From Candidatus Latescibacterota bacterium (GTDB taxonomy: Bacteria; Latescibacterota; UBA2968; UBA8231): a stretch of DNA of 64,000 bases. The stretch covers positions 1,056,001 to 1,120,000 of the forward strand of contig CBDCXV010000011.1 in the NCBI GenBank assembly GCA_965223905.1. Reading direction: 5' to 3'. Shown one piece after another: positions 1 through 7,718 of this stretch (position 1 is its first letter; every line of letters begins with the position of its first letter). The notes under the pieces were generated by a model, which did no database searches, had not been told where the DNA came from, and saw only the letters and a program-made list of their open reading frames with translations. The position numbers were made by a program, and so were the translations under genes.

Positions 1-237
1 CTGTCGCGTCTCGATCCTGTTCACCGCGCTTGAGACAATCTCTTCCTCTCCCTCCTGCATTTCCCCTTGCAGATCGCCATGATCCTCCGCCGCCCCGAGT
101 GTCGCAGCGTTGGCGAGTTCAGAAGTCAGGACCGTGGAGTCATCTGCAAAGAATGCGGTTAACTCCAGAAAATCGGCGGCGAGATCGACATCGATCGACG
201 GTCCGGAAACCGCGTCTATTGGTAGATAAAGAGGCAT
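1..237 (-). CDS. 5' part of a hypothetical protein coupled to the ParB-like gene (possible restriction-endonuclease-like partner); runs off the window
   Basis: TGATG overlap with the upstream stop at 237; reads MPLYLPIDAVSGPSIDVDLAADFLELTAFF...; possible frameshift near 60. Confidence 0.55.
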   Translation of the reverse strand, partial: MPLYLPIDAVSGPSIDVDLAADFLELTAFFADDSTVLTSELANAATLGAAEDHGDLQGEMQEGEEEIVSSAVNRIETRQ

Positions 238-1370
238 CACTCCCCCGCGCTGGCGTCACGGTACTTCCGGGACATGCTATGATACAGGCTATCCGCCGTT
301 TCCTTTACATCCTCGGCGATGTCGAGCAGGGACCTGTCCATTCCGTCGTAAGCCCGCAGTGAACCTGTTGCTTCACGGACCGCATCCCGCGCACGCAGCA
401 GCGACGCAGTAAACCGTTTGTCCACGGGCTCCGTGCTGGCGTGTGCCTGATCGAGATTACCCCTTTGCTCCAGGACATGTCGCCCCTCCGCGTGGGCGAG
501 CACCTCCCCCAATCGCTTGATGTCCGGGTTCTGCGTAGTCACCACCGGCCGCGCGTCGTCCGACTTCGATCCATAGATCCAGACGAGCACCTTTCGAAGC
601 TCATCCAGCTTCTCCCGGGGAACCTGATCCGGTTTCGGGTCGTGTCGCGCCCAAGCGGGTTCGAGGCCCAGATACTCCATGTACTGGGAGCGCGAAAGCG
701 CAGTGTACAGATGGGAGAAATTAAACTTGCTGATGTGGCGATCTTCGACCTCGAACAGCCTCTCTTCATTCGCCTGCTCCAGCACGCAGATTGCCGACAC
801 CATCCGCTTGATCGTATCGTGCCGGTCGCCGATGGCAGTCGCGATCTGCTCGAGGTCCAACCCTTGAGATCGCCCCGACCGGTACCATTCCGCTGCGAAA
901 CGGGCCTTGGCGTAAGCGTCCCACTTGGCCGGGCCGTTGATGTGCTTATACCCGATGAACGCCCGCGCGTGCTCCCGGTTTTCGACGAGGTAGACCGACA
1001 CTTGATCCAAGGTACTGCGCACCGCATCGTCGATCTCGGGCACCGCTATACGGGTATCTTCCGAGGACGCGATCCTGCCAACCAAGGCCGGTTCCACCAA
1101 AAGACGAAGCGTGGCGAGCCTCCGGTTTCCCTCAAGGACGATCAGCGTGTCACCTTCAGAGGCGCGCATGACGACGAGCGGCTCGATGTCGAGGTACCCG
1201 TTGGCGGATATCGACTGAAGAAGCTCGTCGAGCTCCGCTGAGCGGTAGAGCCGCGCAATGATCGACTCGTCGGATGCATCCTCCGCCTGGCCTAACAGCC
1301 GCGGGTTTCTACGATCCAGTCGAAGCCTCTCTACCGGCACCTTGGTGGTCGTTTCAAGTTCCATTGGCAA
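237..1370 (-). CDS. ParB/Sulfiredoxin-like N-terminal domain protein
   Basis: Motifs LRLDRRNPR, GYLDIEPLVV, VLEGNRRLATL typical of ParB-N fold proteins in defence islands; AGAAGGA RBS upstream. Confidence 0.8.
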   Translation of the reverse strand: MPMELETTTKVPVERLRLDRRNPRLLGQAEDASDESIIARLYRSAELDELLQSISANGYLDIEPLVVMRASEGDTLIVLEGNRRLATLRLLVEPALVGRIASSEDTRIAVPEIDDAVRSTLDQVSVYLVENREHARAFIGYKHINGPAKWDAYAKARFAAEWYRSGRSQGLDLEQIATAIGDRHDTIKRMVSAICVLEQANEERLFEVEDRHISKFNFSHLYTALSRSQYMEYLGLEPAWARHDPKPDQVPREKLDELRKVLVWIYGSKSDDARPVVTTQNPDIKRLGEVLAHAEGRHVLEQRGNLDQAHASTEPVDKRFTASLLRARDAVREATGSLRAYDGMDRSLLDIAEDVKETADSLYHSMSRKYRDASAGE

Positions 1371-1607
1371 CCGTCCTTCTCCATTTTCTGGCTATGACCG
1401 ACACCAAGTTTCCACCCCACTACCTGACAGAGAGCATTCCCCAGTTCAACCGTCCCAGCGACCGACCATCTTGCACCGATACTGCGTTGGATGCAGTTCC
1501 GGCACATATGCCCCATAAGCGGGGGGGCCGTATCTCTTCTACAATGACCAGGTACTCAGTCTGTGACATCTCCACCATTCGTGTCAGTTCTATTTGGCAC
1601 GCCTGCC

Positions 1608-1638
1608 CGAGGCCAAGTTCGGAGGTGTCGGTGGGCAC
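1608..1638 (-). pseudogene. Type I R-M HsdR 5'-end stub 1 (MPTDTSELGL)
   Basis: Resembles the M(T/P)TDTSExGLE N-terminus of an HsdR family; similarity stops after GGCCTCG. Confidence 0.6.
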
Positions 1639-1646
1639 TGTGAAGC

Positions 1647-2060
1647 CTATTGCTCTGCGAACGGGTTTATGACCCGGAGGCCATCGTAGTCCTGTTCCGA
1701 ACTGAGGTCCTCAGAATAGACCACGTCGCAGCCGAGGGTCCGGGCTGCGGCAAGGATCGCGCCGTTCCAATAAGACAGCCGAAAACGTCGGCTGATGGCC
1801 ACGGCCTCGAGAAAAACGTCTATCGTCATGGTCTGAATCCGGAACAGCAGAATCGGCTCCAGGAATTGCAATGCTCTATTGCCAGAAAGACTGCGGGTCC
1901 GTGTCGGCCGGGTGGCTTGGTGATAGAACTCCTGCAGCACCTGAACGGACGCGGCGAGGTCGGGTTCTGTCAGGACTTCCCGCGCCCGCGCCCGCTTGTC
2001 GGCCTCCTCCGGGACCTCACTGACGGCGTACAGCAGGACATTGGTATCTACGAATCGCAT
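1647..2060 (-). CDS. vapC: PIN-domain (VapC-like) toxin
   Basis: MRFVDTNVLLYAVS...SVQVLQEFY...VYSEDL; overlaps the upstream antitoxin. Confidence 0.9.
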   Translation of the reverse strand: MRFVDTNVLLYAVSEVPEEADKRARAREVLTEPDLAASVQVLQEFYHQATRPTRTRSLSGNRALQFLEPILLFRIQTMTIDVFLEAVAISRRFRLSYWNGAILAAARTLGCDVVYSEDLSSEQDYDGLRVINPFAEQ

Positions 2061-2410
2061 GGCGAGGTTCTGAGTGCTTCGGAGATGCTGCGCTGCCGCT
2101 CGCGCTCGGCGACAGCCTCGGCCCTTGCCGCGACGCGGTCGTACAACGCCTCTCTGGGAAGGTTGTCGGACATCCGCAACCCAATACCCTGCCCATCGAA
2201 GTTCGCGAGCACTTCCCGCAGCAGCCTGCACCGACGCTGATAGATGGTTTCGCCAGACTCGGCACTGGCTTCGCCCCCCCCATCCGGACCCGCCACCAGA
2301 TGTCTCAGGTAGTCTCGCACCAGGGCCGATACCGACGTGTCCAGCTCCGCCGCGCGGATGCGGGCGAGCCGGTGGGTCTCTTCGTCGACGGATACGGTGA
2401 TGTTCTTCAT
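2048..2410 (-). CDS. Ribbon-helix-helix antitoxin (DUF6364/VapB-like)
   Basis: MKNITVSVDEETHRLARIRAAELDTSVSALVRDYL, directly upstream of the PIN gene. Confidence 0.85.
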   Translation of the reverse strand: MKNITVSVDEETHRLARIRAAELDTSVSALVRDYLRHLVAGPDGGGEASAESGETIYQRRCRLLREVLANFDGQGIGLRMSDNLPREALYDRVAARAEAVAERERQRSISEALRTSPCDS

Positions 2411-2572
2411 GGTCACAGCCTCACAGTTTCTGTGTAACACACTAGTAGGTGCTCATTGGCCGATGGGCAACACCTGCGGTGGCGGGGGAGCTTTAGGGGC
2501 GAGGTTGAAGTCCCTTAGGTAGACCGGCTGGTTGACCCGCCGGTCTTGGAACATGTTGCGCACTGTTTTGGT

Positions 2573-2603
2573 CGAGGCCGCGTTCGGTGGTGTCGGTTGT
2601 CAT
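2573..2603 (-). pseudogene. HsdR 5'-end stub 2 (MTTDTTERGL)
   Basis: ATGA overlap with the DUF1828 stop; ATG ACA ACC GAC ACC ACC GAA CGC GGC CTC G, near-identical to stub 1. Confidence 0.65.
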
Positions 2604-3378
2604 GCCGCTTCGCTCAAGACCGCGGCGAATTCGTCCGGCCGCGACCAGCGCGAAACCATGGACAAAGGCTCGACCAGCCGAAAATCCTCATCCGCCCAGA
2701 CATCGGCGGTATCGTCAAACAACGAGACGAAGGTCAGGGCTTCCGGTCCCGCTGCGAGGTGATTCAGATCGTGCCAGGCGGCCAGCACGTGCTCGGAGAC
2801 CCTGTGTGCTGCGGCGCGATTTCCGGTACTCAGCACCTGGACCAGTGAACTGCGCAGCCTGGTCCGGACGTGAAAATCGACCGTCCAGCCACGTCCCGAC
2901 CTGCCGGCCAGCTTTTCGCCGCGGTCGAAACCGAATTCACGCTCTTTCAAGAAATCGGCTACCTCGTCCGTAATGGACAAGCCGCCCGGGGTTCGGAAGG
3001 TGAACCACAAGTCGGACACCCGCAGCGCCGCCTGCGCAACCCGGGTAACGACATGCGCCAACTCGTCACCGGGCCGGCATCGTGCCTGAAGCATTCCGCG
3101 GTAGAACTCCGTGCCGTGTGTCAGGCACGCATCTTCGATAGGCTGCTTCTGCTTCGGCGATCGGCGGAGGGCCGTCGACTGCATGCGAAGCCAGCCCGTG
3201 GTTTCCGCAAGATCGCTAACCGTCACCACGTCCTCCTGGACCTTGCAGAAAAGATCGATGTTGTCGCCGTCCGGGTAGAGGAACGGCGTGCGAATTCGCA
3301 GATAGTCGCCCTGCTCGGAGCATATGAACGAGGCTCCGATCTTCGCTGGATATCCTGGCACAAGTGGCTGTCTTTCAT
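2600..3378 (-). CDS. DUF1828/DUF1829-like protein, frameshift near the 5' end
   Basis: TPFLYPDGDNIDLF...VTVSDLAET and GRSGRGWTVDF motifs; likely start MKDSHLCQDIQ (3378) lies in a different frame from the body. Confidence 0.75.
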
Positions 3379-3521
3379 CACCACAACTCCTTCTGTGTCG
3401 CAGGCGGTTCTTCCAGTCGCCAAGGGGTTCCATGGTCAGACAGGATCCGCATGGGCTGCTTTGGTATCGAGGTCGCATGGCCGATAGGCAATGCCTGCGG
3501 CCGGATGGCCATCCTGATCTG

Positions 3522-3550
3522 GTAGGGGCAGGTTTCGAACCTGCCCCTAC
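3522..3550. repeat. REP-like GTAG palindrome
   Basis: GTAGGGGCAGGTT-TCG-AACCTGCCCCTAC, perfect 13-bp stem with GTAG/CTAC ends. Confidence 0.8.
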
Positions 3551-3641
3551 GGTCGGAACCCGGAGGCGGTTGCACCGATAGCCGAATAGGGCGGTGCACT
3601 ATAGGACGCTCCAGCCCCTTCCCGCTGGTGTCGGTGGTCCG
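3551..3641 (-). pseudogene. HsdR 5'-end stub 3 (TTDTSGKGLERPI/CTALFG...)
   Basis: Degenerate match to the HsdR N-terminus MTTDTSExGLERLICTALxG; start codon lost, one frameshift; ends at the REP. Confidence 0.6.
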
Positions 3642-3643
3642 CG

Positions 3644-3935
3644 CTATGCCTCGTCTCTCATCGGGATGGGGACTTCCCGTACTTCACCGGGCTGAATTTC
3701 ATCCAATGCAATGCGGATGGCTTCCGTTCTCTGCGAGATGCGCGGCCAAGCGGTGTTCATCAAAACGACCACGGCCACCTGTCTGTTTGACATCGAAGCC
3801 GACTTCTTCAGCACGGTCCAGCAAGTCTCCGTTGGACAAGCCGTCCCAACCGCGCTCCCTGGCCTCTTCAACGACATGGCCGAAAAGCCGGAGGCGCAAC
3901 TGCCTGGGTGTCCCGTTATCAAACAGGATGCGCAT
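3644..3935 (-). pseudogene. DUF5615 PIN-like toxin, internally deleted and frameshifted
   Basis: N-half MRILFDNGTPRQL...LSNGDLLDRAEEVGFDV and C-half VAVVVLMNTAWPRI are in different frames; the expected ITTDQN segment is missing. Confidence 0.75.
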
Positions 3936-4158
3936 GAACGACCTTTGCCCGGAGCTCCTGCGCCACGTGCTCCAGCACCGCCTTCACCTCCGTTTCATCC
4001 ACTCCTCCGAACCACTCGATGAAGTCGTGGATGGTCGCACCCGCAGCAAGGTTCTCGAAAAGGGCGTATACCGGCAAACGGGTGCCGGTAAACACCCAAT
4101 TGCCACTCACCTTGCCGGGTACGCTTTCGACCGCCGGGCACTTGCTCCAGTCTGTCAT
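3919..4158 (-). CDS. DUF433 family antitoxin
   Basis: MTDWSKCPAVESVPGKVSGNWVFTGTRLPV...GATIHDF; AAGGAG RBS; overlaps the DUF5615 gene. Confidence 0.9.
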   Translation of the reverse strand: MTDWSKCPAVESVPGKVSGNWVFTGTRLPVYALFENLAAGATIHDFIEWFGGVDETEVKAVLEHVAQELRAKVVHAHPV

Positions 4159-4271
4159 GCTGTCAACTCCTTTTCGATGGTGTATCAGCTACCGGCCCAA
4201 CACTGCACGAGGCAAACAACCGAAACTGCGGGTGCAGCTCCAATCCGTCATATGGCCACCACCTATTTTTT

Positions 4272-5827
4272 GGGTGTAGCCGCGTTTTTACGCAGCCATG
4301 GTGTAGGGTTGCGAGGTGGTTTTTTTAAGGTACCAGTTCCAGAAGGCCTCCCATCGTTTCGATTGAACGTGGACTCGCAGGTTGAGAATCTGCTGTCCGC
4401 CCTCGCGCCTCCAGCGCATGCCGCTGCGTTTGAGTCGATGGCCGACCAGGGTCTTGGCGGCTGCCTCCACGGGACCACTGGAGAGGATCAAGCCCGAAGC
4501 GTGATAGCCAGCGTAGTCCATTTTATCCCGGTTGTTGCGGAAGTAGCCCAGTTCGGTGGTCGCCTGACGATGGCGTTGTGATCCTTTTGGGAGTGTGCGG
4601 CAATGGTAGACCAGGGAACGGATCAGGCCCTGAACGGCACCGGGCTCATGGCGCAGTTTGTGGCGCCATCGTCGATACCAGCGAAAAGCTTTTCCCGACC
4701 GCTTGCCGAAGAGGTGCTCGGCGGCCTTCGACAGATGCTGGGCGGCGTGGTAGAAGTCGAGAATGCGGGTGAAGCCGTCGAACACCCCGTGCTCCTCCAC
4801 GGTACGCCAGATCTCGCGCTTGCCGTCGGCCAACACCACCCGGTGCTCATAGCTACCCTGCTGCAAGGCCCGACCTGTCTGGTTCACCAAGCCGTTGACC
4901 AAAGTTTCCATTTTCGCCTCCGGCATGCGCGCGGCATAGCGCACGTCGACGCGTTGGGGCTCTTCCCTGTCGGGATTCAGCGGCGTCAGGTAGGTGGCGA
5001 CCATGCCCACCCCCGCCTCTTTCCAGGCCGTGGGGGCGCTGTCGGTTTCGCTGTCCATCGGTCGTTCGGCGGGCCGTCCGCGCTTGGGTGCCGGTTCCCG
5101 CAGGGGCACGGTAACCCCGTCCCAACTGACCACCAGGGTGTCGCCTTCGGGATCCAGTGGCGCCGCTGCTTGCAAGGCCAGCTCGAGTTGTTCGGCGTGA
5201 TCCTCCGCATACTGCCCTACAGTCGTCAACAGGTATTGAATGGCGGTGCGCGAGGGCGGCTCGGGCAGCAGCTCCCCCAAGCAGTCCCGGACCTCGGCAG
5301 GGACCATGCCGGCGCCCAGAAACGCCGTCAGGCGCTCCAGTTCCGGCACCATGAATCGCTTGACCATGCCGCAGCGCTCGTCCAGAGGCACCCGACTCGG
5401 TCCGCCGCGATCGGGCTGATACAGCCGCCGCGCCACCACAACCTTGCCCCACAGGGTCATCCACTCCTTGTCGACCACCTGCTTGAATCGGTACAACTTC
5501 CCCTGGTGTACCACGGTGTCGTCGCTCATTTCACAAGCTTGAGCCAAGCGTTGGAAGCCGCTTCGACCGATGTCGTCCAAACACGAACGAAACTCCCCCA
5601 GCATCTGGCGAAATGCATCCGGTCCTGCTTGCCCGGACTGCAGGCGATGTTCCCACTGCCGGACATTTTCCTGCAGGTTGGTCAGGCGAGCGCTCAAATC
5701 GTGCGTATCTTCCATCTGGGACCCCTTTCCGGTTTTTGGGCTAAGTCGTTACCCCCAAAAGTACAACTCGTACCCGGACTTGGGGTCCCACTCTTGTTAA
5801 GAAATGCGTAAAATGGAGGCTACACCC
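4272..5827 (-). mobile_element. Complete insertion sequence, ISKra4/ISLre2-like (IS256 superfamily)
   Basis: Imperfect 22-bp IRs GGGTGTAGCCgcgtttttACGC / GGGTGTAGCCtccattttACGC; 8-bp DR TATTTTTT at 4264-4271 and 5828-5835. Confidence 0.9.
4288..5715 (-). CDS. ISKra4/ISLre2-family (UPF0236-type) DDE transposase
   Basis: SWDG, LADGKREIW, LDFYHAAQHL and SSGPVEAAAKTLVGHRLKRSGMRW motifs. Confidence 0.9.
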   Translation of the reverse strand: MEDTHDLSARLTNLQENVRQWEHRLQSGQAGPDAFRQMLGEFRSCLDDIGRSGFQRLAQACEMSDDTVVHQGKLYRFKQVVDKEWMTLWGKVVVARRLYQPDRGGPSRVPLDERCGMVKRFMVPELERLTAFLGAGMVPAEVRDCLGELLPEPPSRTAIQYLLTTVGQYAEDHAEQLELALQAAAPLDPEGDTLVVSWDGVTVPLREPAPKRGRPAERPMDSETDSAPTAWKEAGVGMVATYLTPLNPDREEPQRVDVRYAARMPEAKMETLVNGLVNQTGRALQQGSYEHRVVLADGKREIWRTVEEHGVFDGFTRILDFYHAAQHLSKAAEHLFGKRSGKAFRWYRRWRHKLRHEPGAVQGLIRSLVYHCRTLPKGSQRHRQATTELGYFRNNRDKMDYAGYHASGLILSSGPVEAAAKTLVGHRLKRSGMRWRREGGQQILNLRVHVQSKRWEAFWNWYLKKTTSQPYTMAA

Positions 5828-7251
5828 TATTTTTTGATTCCCTGCTCTTCTGCCGATTCTTCGGCGTCGCCGGAGAGGTCTTCTTCAGGCAGTTCAGCCG
5901 ACGCCTCGCGCACGTCGAGTTTGCCGGTGACGGCATCGGCGATCAGGCGGGTGCGGTATTCGTTGAGGAGGTCGATCTGACGGCGACTGCAATCAAGGGC
6001 GTTGTCTTTATTGGTCCTCCACTTATCTACGAAGTTGACAATGGCTATCTGCTCAGGAAAAGGCAACTCAGGCAACATCAATCGGGATACCATTCCCGCG
6101 TTCAGATTATCCATCGTGGCACCGATCGATGACAGACTCAGAGTATCTCTAACCCCTGGTGCATTGAGAACAAGAAGGAGATAGGCAGGTACGAATATTC
6201 CAGACCTTGGTCTAATCCGAAGGCTGCCCGTTCCGCAAAGCCAGCCAGCTTCTATCTCTGTAACCAGCGCGCATCGACCCATTTCTCCACGTCGCGCCAT
6301 AACGATATCGCCAGGCTTTAGTTCGTGTCTTGACAATTCTTCTGCTTTTTTTTGACTAATCGAGATTGAGGGGTCTGGCTCAATGCTGCTATTACGCATA
6401 TGCGACGGGTTAATGACCGGAATTCCACCACTTACATAGTCGCTGGCGTGCAGTTGGCTCCCAAATGGCCCTGTTTGGACTGAGTCTGCTGCTGCCCCCA
6501 GAGAAATTCCCCCCCAATGCTCTGGCACTTCCCGTAACCATTCTACGCCCAAGGACTTATAGGTGGGGTAAGGCAGACCGGTTCGGACGTCGATCTGGCC
6601 CGTGACAGCCTGGTGGATGACGGCCTGCTTCTGCTCCTCAAGCAGCCCAATCAGTTTCTGCTTGGCGCGGATGTAGCGCCGGATGCGCCGGTCGGCGTGG
6701 TCGAGGAAGCGGACGATGGCGGTTTGTTCCTCGGTGGGCGGTTTTGGGAAGGGCTCACATTTCAAAAGCTCCATTGGAATCCGCATGCGGTGAGACAAAA
6801 TACCGTTGCCGATACGAACAAGACTTTCCTGAAACGGCTTCGTCTGAAAGAAGGCGTTCAGATATCGAGGATCATCATCTTTCAACCGCCTTTTAAGCAC
6901 GTAATAAACTGGACTGAGACATCCCGTGTAAGGTGATAGTCCTACGGACCCGATAATGACATTCATGCAGTTCACTACGATGTCATCAGGCCTCACGACT
7001 TTGTATCTTGTGATGTCCTCTGACATCTTATTGCCAATGTTGCCCTTTTCAGAATAGGGAATTACGCCTCGGTCTCGCAGTACCGAGAGAACTTTAACGA
7101 CCTTCCCATTGCTGTTTACCTCACCGCGCTCCTGCAGGATAGCCCCGAGTCGAGGGAGTTCCCAATGCTCCGGCACCTTCCCCAGCCATTCTACACCAGT
7201 GTCCTTCATCTCCGGATACGGTTTCAGTACGCCGACGTTGGGTAACTTCAT
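5827..7251 (-). CDS. hsdS: Type I R-M specificity subunit
   Basis: Repeated conserved blocks PYPEMKDTGVEWLGKVPEHW / PYPTYKSLGVEWLREVPEHW, PPTEEQTAIVRFLD, RTRLIADAVTGKLDVR flanking two AT-richer TRDs. Confidence 0.95.
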   Translation of the reverse strand: MKLPNVGVLKPYPEMKDTGVEWLGKVPEHWELPRLGAILQERGEVNSNGKVVKVLSVLRDRGVIPYSEKGNIGNKMSEDITRYKVVRPDDIVVNCMNVIIGSVGLSPYTGCLSPVYYVLKRRLKDDDPRYLNAFFQTKPFQESLVRIGNGILSHRMRIPMELLKCEPFPKPPTEEQTAIVRFLDHADRRIRRYIRAKQKLIGLLEEQKQAVIHQAVTGQIDVRTGLPYPTYKSLGVEWLREVPEHWGGISLGAAADSVQTGPFGSQLHASDYVSGGIPVINPSHMRNSSIEPDPSISISQKKAEELSRHELKPGDIVMARRGEMGRCALVTEIEAGWLCGTGSLRIRPRSGIFVPAYLLLVLNAPGVRDTLSLSSIGATMDNLNAGMVSRLMLPELPFPEQIAIVNFVDKWRTNKDNALDCSRRQIDLLNEYRTRLIADAVTGKLDVREASAELPEEDLSGDAEESAEEQGIKK

Positions 7252-7466
7252 ACCAAGAGAACCTCATCGCGGACGAAGTGAAGGGGAATCAACTTGGGCC
7301 TCGGCATGGCGTCCTCGAAGTAGCAGTCAATGGCTTCCTTGACGGGGCGGCCGATCTCTTCAACTGTGTCTCCCTGCGAATGGATGCCATATCCAAGCGC
7401 ACTTGCCGTGTAACCACCGTCCACCTCGTCTTCTTTGACCAAAAAAATGATTTCGGCGCTGGACAT
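7248..7466 (-). CDS. HicB-like antitoxin (orphan)
   Basis: EIIFLVKEDEVDGGYTASALGYGIHSQGDTVEEI...KEAIDCYF, a HicB-type fold. Confidence 0.75.
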   Translation of the reverse strand: MSSAEIIFLVKEDEVDGGYTASALGYGIHSQGDTVEEIGRPVKEAIDCYFEDAMPRPKLIPLHFVRDEVLLV

Positions 7467-7502
7467 CGCTCGCTCCTGCGGTATCAGTTTCTCTCTCTTG
7501 GC

Positions 7503-7718
7503 TCAGTCGTCGCGACTATCCGTCGGCCTGCCCTGTGTTGATTGGCGCAATCGCGCGGCCAATTCTTCCAGCGCGGGGTCGGAATACCGCTTGGAATTGA
7601 ACCACTCTATCCGTTCGTCAATCGTCATGTTGGCGGTCTCGGCGACACTGCGGGCGCGGGCTTCGCGCATGAATTTGACGCAGTCGAATTTCTTCTTGGT
7701 GGGACGGGCTTTAGTCAT
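7503..7718 (-). CDS. Small protein, probable antitoxin partner of the HsdM-fused PIN domain
   Basis: MTKARPTKKKFDCVKFMREAR; overlaps the PIN stop; resembles small KxFDCVxMxR proteins that follow PIN genes. Confidence 0.6.
   Translation of the reverse strand: MTKARPTKKKFDCVKFMREARARSVAETANMTIDERIEWFNSKRYSDPALEELAARLRQSTQGRPTDSRDD

Noticed and set aside
1420-1638. 72-aa ORF as a functional gene
   Set aside because: Only the first 10 codons are recognisable (HsdR stub); the rest has no support.
4230-4241. Second IS inverted repeat (GGGTGCAGCTCC)
   Set aside because: Short match with no partner or DR; better explained by the DUF433 start remnant.
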